Shown in pieces: positions 30,125 through 40,972 of a stretch of DNA of 64,000 nucleotides. The stretch's first letter is position 1; each line of letters starts with the position of its first letter. The translations under genes and the position numbers were made by a program. The notes under the pieces are model-generated. The model was not told the DNA's origin. It worked only from the letters and a program-made list of their open reading frames with translations, and did no database searches. This stretch comes from an uncultured Lachnospiraceae bacterium. Its GTDB lineage: Bacteria; Bacillota; Clostridia; Lachnospirales; Lachnospiraceae. The stretch spans positions 22,600 through 86,599 of the forward strand of contig CALAWD010000076.1 of the NCBI GenBank assembly GCA_937894905.1, written 5' to 3'.

Positions 30125-30571
30125 ATGAGATTTCTGATCCAGAGAGTGAATCATGCAAGTGTATCTGTAGATGATAAACAGGTAGGAAAGATTGGAAAAG
30201 GACTGCTTGTATTTGTGGGAATATTCGAAGAAGATACAGAAGAAATTGCAGACAAACTGATCCGAAAGCTGTTGGGACTTCGTATCTTTGCGGATGAAAA
30301 CGGGAAGACGAATCTTTCCCTTACAGATGTAAATGGTGAACTTCTGATCGTATCACAGTTTACTTTATGTGCAGATTGCAAGAAGGGAAATCGTCCTTCC
30401 TTTACAAAGGCAGGTAATCCGGATAAAGCAAATAAGTTGTATGAATATATCTTATCTGCCTGCAGCGGGAAGATCGCTGTTACAGAAAGTGGTATTTTTG
30501 GTGCAGATATGAGAGTTGATCTATCTAATGACGGACCATTTACGATTCTGCTTGACAGCCATGAAATGTAA
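30125..30571 (+). CDS. dtd: D-aminoacyl-tRNA deacylase
   Basis: IQRV..ASV, SQFTL, NDGPFT. Confidence 0.96.
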   Translation: MRFLIQRVNHASVSVDDKQVGKIGKGLLVFVGIFEEDTEEIADKLIRKLLGLRIFADENGKTNLSLTDVNGELLIVSQFTLCADCKKGNRPSFTKAGNPDKANKLYEYILSACSGKIAVTESGIFGADMRVDLSNDGPFTILLDSHEM

Positions 30572-30648
30572 AAAATACATGGTATGGCTGAGAATTGAAT
30601 ATTTTGCATGAAAATTTGTAAATTTTTTCAAAAACATACGATTATTCC

Positions 30649-30677
30649 TTGAAAATCATACAAAAAATTAATATAAT
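30649..30677 (+). promoter_or_regulatory. sigmaA promoter of the DivIVA-domain gene
   Basis: TTGAAA-17-TATAAT. Confidence 0.7.
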
Positions 30678-30723
30678 TGAATTTAGGTTATGTTAAAAAA
30701 ACACGAAAAGGAGAAGTGCTATA

Positions 30724-31380
30724 ATGTTAACAAAGGAAAGCATTGAAGAAAAGACCTTTAAAAAAGGACTTTTTGGTTATAATAAAGATGAAGTAAATTC
30801 ATTTATGAGAGAAGTATCAGATGAATTCGCTTCGTTACAGGCAAAATATGATGCAGCCATAGCAGAAAATAAGCTGTCTCAGAACTCCCTCAGAGAGAAC
30901 AGTGTAAAGATCTATGAGTTAGAGAAGCAATTAGAGCAGGCTGCTCCTGGTTCCAAGAAGGAACAGAACGCAGCAAATAATGAAGCAAACAGAATCATCA
31001 ACGATGCAAAGAAACGTGCAAATGAAGTCATTTCAAATGCAAAGGCAGAACTTGCAAAGTTAAAAGCAGAGATGGAAGAGATTAAGGCAAATGGCGGTGC
31101 TGCGACAGTAACAGCAGGTGCGGCATCATCCATTAATGAGGATGCCTTAGAAGCTGATCCTATCACAAAATTGAAGATGAAGTCACAGACAACAGCAGAA
31201 CCTCAGAAGTTAAAGATGAAACCAAAAGAGGAAAGCAAGCCACAGGCATTTGCTGGTAAGAGTGCTGTAACAGAAGATGACGATGATGAAGTAATCGTAG
31301 GAGAAATCGAAGAAGGCGTTAAGCGTAATCAAGTTCTGATCGGTGACGGTGATGAGGATGACGATTTCGAATTCTTATAA
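30724..31380 (+). CDS. DivIVA-domain coiled-coil protein
   Basis: LT.ESI.EKTFKKGLFGYNKDEV..F DivIVA N-terminal signature followed by coiled coil. Confidence 0.85.
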   Translation: MLTKESIEEKTFKKGLFGYNKDEVNSFMREVSDEFASLQAKYDAAIAENKLSQNSLRENSVKIYELEKQLEQAAPGSKKEQNAANNEANRIINDAKKRANEVISNAKAELAKLKAEMEEIKANGGAATVTAGAASSINEDALEADPITKLKMKSQTTAEPQKLKMKPKEESKPQAFAGKSAVTEDDDDEVIVGEIEEGVKRNQVLIGDGDEDDDFEFL

Positions 31381-31395
31381 AGCAGGTTTACTCAT

Positions 31396-31722
31396 ATGAC
31401 ATATAGGGAATGCCTTGATTATTTTAATGAAATATCCTTACATAAGAACATAGATGGATTACAGGATGACACATATTTTCAGTTTGATGTTATTGGATGT
31501 GATAATGGACATTTTTACATTCATTTGAAAGATGGTAAAACAGAGGTCGTTTCGGGGGAATATAAACAACGAAATGTTCAATTTATTGTTACAATATCCA
31601 GTTTGGAGAAAGTAATTAATGGAATTATGGATCCGATCTATGCATATGCGACCGGAAAATTAAATATAGCCGGAGATGTGTCGCTTGGAAGAAATTTCCT
31701 GTCACGCATCATTAAAGAGTGA
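31396..31722 (+). CDS. SCP2 sterol-carrier-domain protein
   Basis: FQFDV.G...G.FYI...DG, G..DP..AY.TGKL.I.GD. Confidence 0.8.
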   Translation: MTYRECLDYFNEISLHKNIDGLQDDTYFQFDVIGCDNGHFYIHLKDGKTEVVSGEYKQRNVQFIVTISSLEKVINGIMDPIYAYATGKLNIAGDVSLGRNFLSRIIKE

Positions 31723-31761
31723 AAAAAGGAACCTGTCAGTTATTATCTGGCAGGTTTCTTT
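31723..31761. terminator. Bidirectional terminator between convergent genes
   Basis: AAAGGAACCTGTCAG...CTGGCAGGTTTCTTT. Confidence 0.7.
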
Positions 31762-31808
31762 GTCTTATATATAAATTTGGGAGCTGTTTTACACTTTGGT
31801 ATCAGATC

Positions 31809-32837
31809 TTATAACAGATCGGCGACTTCCTTTAAGAGACGTTCGGTTTTGTCCCATCCAAGGCATGGGTCAGTAATGGATTTACCATAGCATCCGCCGC
31901 CGACAGGCTGGTTACCATCTTCGATGTAGCTTTCTACCATAACACCTTTTACAAGATTCTTGATATCAGGATCATAGTTACGGCTGTGGATGACCTCTTT
32001 TACGATTCGAGGCTGTTCATCAAACTTTTTACCTGAATTATTATGATTGGCATCTACGATACAAGCATGATTTACCAGATTAAACTTCTGATATGAATCA
32101 TATAAGAGACGGAGATCTTCGTAATGATAGTTTGAGATAGAGCGTCCGTGTTTGTTTAATGCACCTCTTAAGATGCAGTGTGTCAGTGGATTGCCGTCTG
32201 TATGTGCTTCCCATCCTGAATATAAGAATGTATGTGGATGCTGTCCCGCAAGACAGGAATTCATCATTACATTATAATCACCACTGGTTGGATTCTTCAT
32301 ACCGACTGGGACATCCATTCCACTTGCAGTCAATCTGTGCTGCTGATCTTCAACGGAACGAGCACCGATCGCTACATAAGATAAGATATCATCAACATAC
32401 TGCCAGTTTTCAGAATAGAGCATTTCATCTGCTGCCGTGAGGCCGGTTTCTTTGATTGCACGGATGTGCATTTTACGGATTGCGTATAAACCTTCTAACA
32501 TATCAGAAGCTTTATTTGGGTCTGGCTGATGCAGCATTCCTTTGTATCCATCACCCGTTGTTCTTGGTTTGTTCGTATATATACGTGGAATTACAAGAAT
32601 TTTATCTTTGACCTGTTCAGCAACTTTTGCCAGTCTGTTCTGGTAGTCGCATACAGCATCTTCGTTATCAGCGGAACATGGACCAATTATAAATATAAAT
32701 CGCTTGTCTTCTCCGGTAAAAATTTTTCTGATCTCTTCATCTCGTTTTGCTTTAATGTCTTTGAGTTCCTGTGAGAGAGGATATAATTCTTTGATCTCAT
32801 CACCGGTTGGTACTCGTTTAACCAATTTCATACTCAT
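31809..32837 (-). CDS. aroG: DAHP synthase, class I-alpha
   Basis: IIGPCS, KPRT..GYKG, IGARS, GMKNPTSG, DANH.NS.K, SITDPC. Confidence 0.93.
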   Translation of the reverse strand: MSMKLVKRVPTGDEIKELYPLSQELKDIKAKRDEEIRKIFTGEDKRFIFIIGPCSADNEDAVCDYQNRLAKVAEQVKDKILVIPRIYTNKPRTTGDGYKGMLHQPDPNKASDMLEGLYAIRKMHIRAIKETGLTAADEMLYSENWQYVDDILSYVAIGARSVEDQQHRLTASGMDVPVGMKNPTSGDYNVMMNSCLAGQHPHTFLYSGWEAHTDGNPLTHCILRGALNKHGRSISNYHYEDLRLLYDSYQKFNLVNHACIVDANHNNSGKKFDEQPRIVKEVIHSRNYDPDIKNLVKGVMVESYIEDGNQPVGGGCYGKSITDPCLGWDKTERLLKEVADLL

Positions 32838-32931
32838 TGATTTTTCCTCCTATTATAATTTGTCCAGTTGATAAATGACGAATATGTCGTTATTTATCGA
32901 AATTACCGCATATTGCGCATAATTCTGTAAC

Positions 32932-32960
32932 ATTATAGCAGAATATATTTAATTATGAAA
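32932..32960 (-). promoter_or_regulatory. sigmaA promoter of the DAHP synthase gene
   Basis: Minus strand TTTCAT-17-TATAAT with extended TG. Confidence 0.6.
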
Positions 32961-33032
32961 GAAAAATATCGTCACAAACATTCTTTATTCATTTTTCTAT
33001 GCATAAATTGTATAAATGAACAGATTTGAGGG

Positions 33033-34325
33033 ATGTTATTGAGACGATTAAAAATGAGAAAGAGGATAGGAAGAGCGTTTGTCAGTACGGTTCTTGGAAT
33101 AGCACTTGCAGTCGGACTTACCGGCAGGATTGTAATATACAGTGTTGCTGAGACTGAGACAGAAAAAGCAGCACAGGGGGAAACAGTTACAGATGAGGAT
33201 GTAACAAATGAAGCAGTAGCGGGAGAAACAGCAGATCAGTCCGGACTTCAGCTGGAATCACCGTCCTGCATCCTTATGGAAGCAACAACAGGGACGGTAT
33301 TATTTGAGAAAAATGCTGACGAAGTAAAGAAACCAGCATCGGTTACAAAGGTAATGACTTTATTATTGATCTTTGAAGCAATGGATGTGGGCGATTATCA
33401 GATGTCAGATATTGTAACCGTAAGTGAACATGCAGCTTCTATGGGTGGATCGCAGTGTTTCTTCGAAACTGGCGAACAGCAGACGGTTGAAAATATGATA
33501 AAATGTATCATCATTGCTTCGGGGAATGATGCAGCAGTTGCTATGGCAGAATTCACGGCAGGAAGTGAAGAAGCTTTTGTTCAGAGAATGAACGATCGTG
33601 CAAAAGAGCTTGGGATGGAGCACACACATTTTGTTAATGCCTGTGGACTGGATGCAGATGGACATGAGACATCAGCAAGAGACATTGCAATTATGTCCAG
33701 ACAGTTAATTGATGAGCATCCTGAGATCTTGAATTATTCCGGTATCTGGATGGATTCTATCATACATAAAACAGCAAGAGGAGAGTCAAGATTTGACCTT
33801 GCAAATACAAATAAATTCCTGAATATGTACACCGGAGCAACCGGGCTTAAGACCGGATATACAGCGACTGCAAAATACTGTATGTCGGCGACGGCAAACA
33901 GAAATGGCATTACTTTGATTGCGGTTATTATGGGAGCAGAAACAAAAGATATCAGGAATAAAGAAGCTTGCAAACTATTGGACTATGGGTATGCAAACTG
34001 TAATCTGTACAAAGATGAAAATGTACTTGACACACGCAGTATTTCTATAGAAAATGGTATCAGTGACGAGCTGACGATTGACAGTGCTGCAGATTTTTCA
34101 TCAGTTCTCCTTCGCGGAGAAAAAGCAGATGATGTTAAGAAGACACTGGTTTTGGAAGAGCAGCTTGCTGCACCGATTACCCAAGGAGACGTTGTTGGAA
34201 AGATGGAATATTCGATCAATGGGAGAGTTCTTGGCTCAGTTGAGATCGTTGCGGCGGAAAATATAAAGAAAATAACGTTTGGCTACAGCTTCAAAAAAGT
34301 ATTATATCTTGCCTTTCGTTCCTAG
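33033..34325 (+). CDS. dacF: D-alanyl-D-alanine carboxypeptidase (DacF-like); start uncertain
   Basis: PASVTKVMT, ASMGGSQ, SGN, NTNK and KTG motifs. Confidence 0.85.
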   Translation: MLLRRLKMRKRIGRAFVSTVLGIALAVGLTGRIVIYSVAETETEKAAQGETVTDEDVTNEAVAGETADQSGLQLESPSCILMEATTGTVLFEKNADEVKKPASVTKVMTLLLIFEAMDVGDYQMSDIVTVSEHAASMGGSQCFFETGEQQTVENMIKCIIIASGNDAAVAMAEFTAGSEEAFVQRMNDRAKELGMEHTHFVNACGLDADGHETSARDIAIMSRQLIDEHPEILNYSGIWMDSIIHKTARGESRFDLANTNKFLNMYTGATGLKTGYTATAKYCMSATANRNGITLIAVIMGAETKDIRNKEACKLLDYGYANCNLYKDENVLDTRSISIENGISDELTIDSAADFSSVLLRGEKADDVKKTLVLEEQLAAPITQGDVVGKMEYSINGRVLGSVEIVAAENIKKITFGYSFKKVLYLAFRS

Positions 34326-34336
34326 AGGAAAAGGAA

Positions 34337-35200
34337 ATGTTATTCGATGTTATCAGTATCATCTGTATATTTGCACTTATCTGTCTGTGTGCAATCCTGA
34401 TCGAAAGCAGACGGGAGAATCACTTGCTTTCGGTATCTCATTATACGATCACGGATAAAAGAATAAAAAAGTCTGGTACATTTGTGATGATCGCCGATCT
34501 TCATAATGCAGAATTTGAAAAAAAAAATAAGGATCTTATAAAAGAAATAAAAAAGATCAGTCCTGATGCAGTTTTGATTGCAGGGGATGTTATAGTCGGA
34601 AAGAAAGATGTCAGTCCCGGTATTGCGATCGATCTTCTACAACAGCTTGGACATGAATTTCCTGTATATATTTCAAAAGGAAATCATGAGATGCGAACCG
34701 GCTTGTATACGGAGCAGTATGGAGATATATGGAAAATTCTGTATGAACAGACAAAGAATCATGTTCATTGGCTCATAAACGAGGAAATGATCCTGACATC
34801 TGAGAATATCCGTGTAGTAGGTCTTGATATGGATGCAGCTTATTACAGAAGGTTCCGGCTTCAGAAGATGAAGAAGGACTATCTGGTGAAGCTTCTTCCG
34901 ACAAGACATCAGGATGCATATACGATATTACTTGCGCATAACCCGGATTATTTTCCAATATATGCGGACTGGGGGGCAGATCTGGTGTTATCCGGTCATG
35001 TACATGGGGGCATGATCATACTTCCGGTTCTTGGGGGAGTGATATCGCCGATGGTACGTTTGTTTCCAAAATATTACCGGGGTATGTATGAATGTCGAAA
35101 TAAAAAAATGATCTTAACAGGTGGACTTGGTGGTCATACCTTAAAGTTTCGGGTGAATAATAAACCGGAGATATGCGTGATTCATCTGGAAGGAGAATGA
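34337..35200 (+). CDS. Membrane-anchored metallophosphoesterase (YkuE-like)
   Basis: DLH, GD, GNHE, HNP, GHVHGG motifs. Confidence 0.9.
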   Translation: MLFDVISIICIFALICLCAILIESRRENHLLSVSHYTITDKRIKKSGTFVMIADLHNAEFEKKNKDLIKEIKKISPDAVLIAGDVIVGKKDVSPGIAIDLLQQLGHEFPVYISKGNHEMRTGLYTEQYGDIWKILYEQTKNHVHWLINEEMILTSENIRVVGLDMDAAYYRRFRLQKMKKDYLVKLLPTRHQDAYTILLAHNPDYFPIYADWGADLVLSGHVHGGMIILPVLGGVISPMVRLFPKYYRGMYECRNKKMILTGGLGGHTLKFRVNNKPEICVIHLEGE

Positions 35201-35212
35201 CAGGGGAAGATT

Positions 35213-36721
35213 ATGAGTGAAGAAAACAAAGAAGTAGAACAGACAAAGAACGAAACAGAACAGACAGAGGTTGCAGCAACAGCTGCTGCCATACCGGCGG
35301 ATGTTTTTGTTGACAAGAGCGTCTACGAACAGATCGACAAACGAAAAAAGAGGAAAAAGATCGCTGCTATTATATCAATTTCTGTGGGTGGAGTTATTTT
35401 ACTGTGTTATCTTGTATTGTCGATCTGGTTCAGTTTTCATTTTAACAAGAACACATATATTGACGGACAGAATGTATCATATCATACAGTGAAATCTGTA
35501 AAGAATACGATCAATACCTGTATGAATGAGTATACTTTAACCGTAAATGGCAGAGAGCATATATCATTTGTAATTCAACCGGCAGATATCGATATGACGA
35601 TACAGGCTGTATCCAATGAGAAAAGCATTAAGAAGAAGCAAAATGGTTTTCTGTGGTTTTTATATCTGAATAATAAGCGGAAAGATTATAAAACCAGTTA
35701 TGAAATAACATATGATAAGGAAAAATTGTATCAGTTTCTGAAAGATCAGGACTGTATGCAGGAAAAAGATATGGAAAAACCAAAAGATGCCTATGTAGCA
35801 GTTGAAAAGAGTGAGGCAGTCATCGTACCGGAGACTGAAGGAAATTATCTGGATGCGGATAAGGTTCAGGAGGTAGTTGTGACGGCACTTGAACATGTGG
35901 AGGCATCTGTTGACTTAGATAAAGAAGATTGTTATGAAAGTGCGGGGATCACAGCAGATAGTGAGGAGATTGCAGACTGTAAAAAATCTTTGGAGACATA
36001 TCTTGCAGTTCAGATCGACTACAGTATCGATCGTATTTCATGGACACTTGATGCATCAACATTTGGCAGCTGGCTCTATTATGATAAAGGTAAATGGAAA
36101 TTCAAGAAGAAAGCAGTTCGGACTTATGTAGAAGAACTCGCAGAGACGTATAACACTGTTGGAACGACAAGAACTTTTCAGACTTATACAGGAAGATATG
36201 TAGAAGAAACTGGCAATCGTTATGGATGGGCGATCGATGTGGAAGCAGAGACGAAAGGCTTGTGGGAGACGCTTGCAAGCGGTAAATCGCAGGAGCGGAC
36301 ACCGGAATTTTCCCAGACAGGAGCAGTATATAACAAATATGGAGATATTGGATATTCTTATGTAGAGGTTGATCTGTCAAATCAGCATGTATATTTGATC
36401 ATAGATGGTAAATTGGTAGAAGATTCACCTTGCGTAACGGGATGTGTGGAAGATGGACATGGTACTCCGGATGGTTTATATTCGATTACATATAAGGAAT
36501 CGCCGTCCGTATTAAGGGGAGAAGATTATGAGACAAAGGTAAATTTCTGGATGCCGTTTAACCGTGGTATCGGTCTTCATGATGCAACGTGGCGTAATAA
36601 ATTCGGTGGTGATATTTATTATTCAAGCGGTTCACATGGCTGTGTGAATCTGCCATATCAGAAAGCAGCTGTTATCTATGAAAATATTTATGCAGGTATG
36701 CCTGTGATCTGTTATTACTAA
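35213..36721 (+). CDS. L,D-transpeptidase with peptidoglycan-binding repeats
   Basis: TM anchor; YkuD domain VEVDLS.Q...TP.G.Y...GLHDA...SHGCVN. Confidence 0.9.
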   Translation: MSEENKEVEQTKNETEQTEVAATAAAIPADVFVDKSVYEQIDKRKKRKKIAAIISISVGGVILLCYLVLSIWFSFHFNKNTYIDGQNVSYHTVKSVKNTINTCMNEYTLTVNGREHISFVIQPADIDMTIQAVSNEKSIKKKQNGFLWFLYLNNKRKDYKTSYEITYDKEKLYQFLKDQDCMQEKDMEKPKDAYVAVEKSEAVIVPETEGNYLDADKVQEVVVTALEHVEASVDLDKEDCYESAGITADSEEIADCKKSLETYLAVQIDYSIDRISWTLDASTFGSWLYYDKGKWKFKKKAVRTYVEELAETYNTVGTTRTFQTYTGRYVEETGNRYGWAIDVEAETKGLWETLASGKSQERTPEFSQTGAVYNKYGDIGYSYVEVDLSNQHVYLIIDGKLVEDSPCVTGCVEDGHGTPDGLYSITYKESPSVLRGEDYETKVNFWMPFNRGIGLHDATWRNKFGGDIYYSSGSHGCVNLPYQKAAVIYENIYAGMPVICYY

Positions 36722-36789
36722 TTTTAATATATGGTATTTGTATGACTATATTGCGTACCGGCAATATCAGAAACTATCATAAAAAATAG

Positions 36790-36818
36790 TTGTATATTTT
36801 GATTTTTAATGGTATTAT
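36790..36818 (+). promoter_or_regulatory. sigmaA promoter of tRNA-Ser
   Basis: TTGTAT-17-TATTAT with extended TG. Confidence 0.6.
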
Positions 36819-36837
36819 AGCAAAGTCATAGGAAAAA

Positions 36838-36925
36838 GGAGATATACCCAAGTGGCTGAAGGGTCCGCTCTCGAAAAGCGGTAGGTCGGGCAACCGGCGC
36901 GAGAGTTCAAATCTCTCTATCTCCG
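36838..36925 (+). tRNA. tRNA-Ser (anticodon CGA); CCA not encoded
   Basis: GGAGATA/TATCTCC acceptor stem, anticodon arm CCGCT-CTCGAAA-AGCGG, long variable arm, GTTCAAATC T-loop, G discriminator. Confidence 0.96.
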
Positions 36926-36937
36926 TTTTATGAAAAT

Positions 36938-36969
36938 AAGCTGACATTCAGATGGGTGTCAGCTTTTTT
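36938..36969 (+). terminator. Intrinsic terminator after tRNA-Ser
   Basis: AAGCTGACAT...GTGTCAGCTT plus T run. Confidence 0.8.
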
Positions 36970-37060
36970 ACCATATGGATATATGTGAAAACTCAGAATT
37001 AAGTATTTCAGAGACTGGTGTACAGGCGAACTGCGGCACCGGGATAAGGAGATGTTATTT

Positions 37061-37873
37061 ATGTATGATGAGGCTGTTCGTTATATCATTGACAGAGTAA
37101 ATATTAAACCGGAGATCGGAATTGTACTGGGAAGCGGACTGGGCGATGCATTTACCGTGGATGATCCGATATATGTCGATTATAAAGATATTCCGGGCTT
37201 TCCTGTTTCAACAGTTTCCGGTCATAAAGGACGGTTTATATTTGGTTATTCCTGTGGAAAACCGATTGTTGTCATGCAGGGCAGAGTTCATTACTACGAG
37301 GGATATTCCATGCAGGATGTTGTGAAACCGATCCGGCTGATGGGGCTTCTTGGAATGCGGTGGCTGATATTGACAAATGCAGCAGGAGGAATCAGTGAGA
37401 AGCTGATACCCGGAGATATCATGATCATATCGGATCAGATATCAAGCTTTGTTCCATCTCCGTTGATCGGAAAAAATATAGATGAGTCTGGTGTCAGATT
37501 TCCGGATATGAGTCACATATATGACGAAGGGAAAATACAGGTAAGCAGAAAATTATTTGAACAGCTCGGACTTCATGTTGTGGAGGGAACTTACCTTCAG
37601 GCGACCGGCCCTCAATATGAGACACCGGCAGAGATCCGAATGTTTAAAACGCTTGGTGCAGATGCGGTTGGCATGAGTACGGCGTGTGAGGCGATCACAG
37701 CCTGCCATATGGGAATTATGGTATCCGGTTTTTCTGCAATTTCAAATAAAGCAGCCGGACTTGGATCCGAATTAAAGCATGAAGATATTCTGGATCGAAG
37801 TAAGGAGATGTCTGAAAAGATGAGCAGGATTCTTACGGGTATGATCAGAAGTTATAATATGGATGCAAAGTAA
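37061..37873 (+). CDS. punA: Purine nucleoside phosphorylase (trimeric type)
   Basis: GIVLGSGLG, QGRVHYYEG, TNAAGG, GPQYETPAE, AVGMST. Confidence 0.93.
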   Translation: MYDEAVRYIIDRVNIKPEIGIVLGSGLGDAFTVDDPIYVDYKDIPGFPVSTVSGHKGRFIFGYSCGKPIVVMQGRVHYYEGYSMQDVVKPIRLMGLLGMRWLILTNAAGGISEKLIPGDIMIISDQISSFVPSPLIGKNIDESGVRFPDMSHIYDEGKIQVSRKLFEQLGLHVVEGTYLQATGPQYETPAEIRMFKTLGADAVGMSTACEAITACHMGIMVSGFSAISNKAAGLGSELKHEDILDRSKEMSEKMSRILTGMIRSYNMDAK

Positions 37874-37965
37874 GGACTACGTCTGGTTGATTGATGGAAA
37901 ATAATAATCAGATGTATATGAACGAATATAAGATTAATTTGAATCGATACGAGGTAAGAAAAGAA

Positions 37966-38451
37966 ATGGACGTAAAGATATATACAGATGGTGCAGCGAG
38001 AGGAAATCCGGACGGACCGGGTGGGTATGGAACGGTTATCCAGTTTATAGATGGAAAAGGAACGCTTCATGAACGGGAATTTTCACAGGGCTATAACAAG
38101 ACGACCAATAACCGCATGGAGCTTATGGCGGCGATCGTTGGTCTGGAAGCATTGATCAAACCCTGTAATGTGGAATTATATTCAGACTCCCAGTATCTTA
38201 TAAAGGCATTTAATGATGGCTGGATATGGGGCTGGATCAAGAAGGGCTGGAAACGCGGTAAGAATGAACCGGTAAAGAACCGTGATCTGTGGGAACGACT
38301 GTTAAAAGCGAAAGAACCTCATACAGTGACTTTTCACTGGGTAAAGGGACATGCAGGGCATCCGATGAATGAACGATGTGATCTGCTCGCTACGACAGCA
38401 GCGGACGGAGATAACAAAATAGATGACGAAGGTGTGATGACGAATGAATAA
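37966..38451 (+). CDS. rnhA: Ribonuclease HI
   Basis: [35 protein letters not shown]; start moved to ATG 37966. Confidence 0.95.
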   Translation: MDVKIYTDGAARGNPDGPGGYGTVIQFIDGKGTLHEREFSQGYNKTTNNRMELMAAIVGLEALIKPCNVELYSDSQYLIKAFNDGWIWGWIKKGWKRGKNEPVKNRDLWERLLKAKEPHTVTFHWVKGHAGHPMNERCDLLATTAADGDNKIDDEGVMTNE

Positions 38452-40867
38452 ACAGGAATTTAGACAACTGTTCAATGAGAAAATACTGATCTTGGATGGA
38501 GCAACCGGAACGAATCTGATGAATGCCGGAATGCCGCTTGGTGTATGCCCGGAAAAATATATTCTTGAGCACAAGGACGTTATGTTAGAACTTCAAAAAG
38601 CCTATCTGGATTCAGGTACGGATATCTTATATGCTCCCACATTTACCTGTAATCGCTTGAAGCTTCGGGAATATGATCTGGAAGCTGAACTGCATCAGAT
38701 GAATTTGGATCTGGTAGCTTTGTCAAAACAGGCTGTAGCCGAATGTGGTCATGGATATGTGGCAGGTGATCTTACGATGACAGGTGAGATGCTGTATCCG
38801 ATGGGAAAACTTCAGTTTGAAGAACTGGTTGATATCTATAAAGAACAGATCAAGGTGCTCGTCGAGGCTGGATGTGATCTTCTGGTTGTAGAAACCATGA
38901 TGAGCCTCGCTGAGACAAGAGCAGCAGTGATCGCTGCAAATGAGATATGCGATCTTCCGATCATGGCCAGCCTTACATTTAATGAGGATGGAAGAACCTT
39001 ATATGGAACTGATCCGGTAACAGCAATCAATGTATTGCAGAATCTCGGTGCGGATGCAATGGGTATAAATTGTTCCACAGGACCGGATAAGATGACAGAG
39101 CTTGTCGCTACCATGAAAGAAGCAGCTTTTGTTCCGGTATTTGCAAAACCAAATGCCGGTATGCCGGAACTTGTGGATGGCAAGAGTATCTATGCCATGA
39201 CGCCGGAAACCTTTGCGGAAGATATGAAGATGATCATAGAAGCAGGAGCCGGAATGGTCGGTGGCTGCTGCGGTACAACTCCTGCCCATATCAAAGCACT
39301 TTCTGATATGGCAAAGACGATGGATATTCCCAAGATATCCGATCAGAAAAAACGTCTGTTATCATCGGAACGTATGACCCGACAGATCAATCTGAATGGT
39401 TCATTTATGGTGGTTGGAGAACGAGTTAATCCAACCGGTAAGAAGAAACTGCAGGCGGAGCTTCGTGAAGGTGTGCTTGATACTGTTATGACGATGGCAG
39501 AAGAACAGTTGGAAAAGGGCGCATCGATCCTTGATATCAATGTCGGTATGAATGGTATTGATGAGAGAGAAATGATGGTAAGGGTTGTCTATGAAGTGTC
39601 GCAGGCAGTAAGCCTTCCGTTATGTATTGATTCCAGTAACCCTGCTGTTATTGAAGCGGCACTCCGTATCTATCCGGGACGTGCACTTGTGAATTCAGTG
39701 TCTCTGGAAAAAGTAAAAATGCAGGAGATCCTTCCGTTAGTCAGAAAATATGGTGCGATGTTCATTCTGCTTCCACTTTCTGATGAGGGACTTCCAAAGG
39801 ACAGTGCTGAAAAAGAAGGGATCATACATACCGTTTTAGATGCGGCATTTAAGATGGGATTTCAGAAAGAGGATGTCGTTGTAGATGGTCTGGTAGCAAC
39901 CGTCGGAGCGGAGAAAGCGGCCGCTGTCAACTGCCTGAAAACGATCCGTTATTGTCATGATATGGGACTTGCAACGATCTGTGGACTTTCCAACATTTCA
40001 TTTGGTTTGCCGGAGCGTATGTTTGTAAATGCGGCATTTCTTACAATGGCGATCCAGAATGGTCTTACGATGGCAATTGCAAATCCCTCTCAGACCATGC
40101 TTATGAATATGGCATATGCATCAGATATGCTTTTAAACAAAGAAGAAGGCGATATCCGGTATATTCAGAATGTAAAGCCGCTTGGGATCACAACGGCTGC
40201 GCCGACACAGAGCGGAGGCGGACAGGAGGATGAAAAAGGGAAAAGCGTCATTTATACAGATGTTGTAAAAGGAAATAAAAGAAATATTATTGAAGATGTC
40301 AAAAAAGAACTGGAGAAGGGAACAGATCCGCAGAAGATCATTGATGAAGAACTGATCGCTGCGATCAATCGTGTTGGCAAACTGTTTGAACAGAAGAAAT
40401 ATTTCCTTCCACAGCTGATCGCCAGTGCAGAGACGATGGAACTTGCCATCAATCAGATCACACCACTTATCGTACGGGAAGATGATGGAAAGTCAATGCC
40501 TGCGATCGTAGTTGCTACCGTGGAGGGAGATATTCATGATATCGGGAAGAATCTGGTTGTTTTGATGCTTCGTAACTATGGATTTCCGGTTATTGATCTT
40601 GGCAAGGATGTACCCGCGGAAGTGATCGTTGATGCAGCTGTAGAAAATAATGCAAAGATAATCGGACTTTCGGCACTTATGACAACAACTATGATGAAAA
40701 TGGTTGATGTTGTGGAACTTGTAAAAGCCAGAAACCTGGATATTAAGGTCGTTATTGGTGGGGCCGTGATCACAGAAAGCTTTGCTGAGGAGATACATGC
40801 AGATGGTTATTCAGAGGATGCAGCAGAATGTGTTCAAGTTGTAAAAAGATTGCTTGATATTGAGTAA
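38444..40867 (+). CDS. metH: Cobalamin-dependent methionine synthase lacking the C-terminal reactivation domain
   Basis: LDGATGT, GINC, GGCCGT (Hcy/Zn); GERVNPTG pterin domain; DIHDIGKN B12 motif; ends after the B12 domain. Confidence 0.92.
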   Translation: MNKQEFRQLFNEKILILDGATGTNLMNAGMPLGVCPEKYILEHKDVMLELQKAYLDSGTDILYAPTFTCNRLKLREYDLEAELHQMNLDLVALSKQAVAECGHGYVAGDLTMTGEMLYPMGKLQFEELVDIYKEQIKVLVEAGCDLLVVETMMSLAETRAAVIAANEICDLPIMASLTFNEDGRTLYGTDPVTAINVLQNLGADAMGINCSTGPDKMTELVATMKEAAFVPVFAKPNAGMPELVDGKSIYAMTPETFAEDMKMIIEAGAGMVGGCCGTTPAHIKALSDMAKTMDIPKISDQKKRLLSSERMTRQINLNGSFMVVGERVNPTGKKKLQAELREGVLDTVMTMAEEQLEKGASILDINVGMNGIDEREMMVRVVYEVSQAVSLPLCIDSSNPAVIEAALRIYPGRALVNSVSLEKVKMQEILPLVRKYGAMFILLPLSDEGLPKDSAEKEGIIHTVLDAAFKMGFQKEDVVVDGLVATVGAEKAAAVNCLKTIRYCHDMGLATICGLSNISFGLPERMFVNAAFLTMAIQNGLTMAIANPSQTMLMNMAYASDMLLNKEEGDIRYIQNVKPLGITTAAPTQSGGGQEDEKGKSVIYTDVVKGNKRNIIEDVKKELEKGTDPQKIIDEELIAAINRVGKLFEQKKYFLPQLIASAETMELAINQITPLIVREDDGKSMPAIVVATVEGDIHDIGKNLVVLMLRNYGFPVIDLGKDVPAEVIVDAAVENNAKIIGLSALMTTTMMKMVDVVELVKARNLDIKVVIGGAVITESFAEEIHADGYSEDAAECVQVVKRLLDIE

Positions 40868-40874
40868 TTCTTCG

Positions 40875-40903
40875 TTGACAACAATTGACAAGATAACTAT
40901 AAT
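40875..40903 (+). promoter_or_regulatory. Consensus sigmaA promoter of ilvN-ilvC
   Basis: TTGACA-17-TATAAT; a second TTGACA lies 10 bp downstream. Confidence 0.8.
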
Positions 40904-40972
40904 AAAACAAGGATTTGTGCTGTATTGATAAAATACAGCCATTTCATAGGTTTGAAAGGTGGTACTTATTTG

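Noticed and set aside
32971..33010. Sporulation sigma promoter for the dacF-like gene
   Set aside because: A CATAAAT -10-like word is present but no properly spaced -35 element
36838..36970. tRNA-Ser as an island integration site
   Set aside because: It is followed by its own terminator and housekeeping genes, with no integrase or duplicated 3' end
36970..37050. Purine riboswitch upstream of punA
   Set aside because: Only a small hairpin (CTGGTG...CACCGG) is present; the conserved purine-aptamer core is missing
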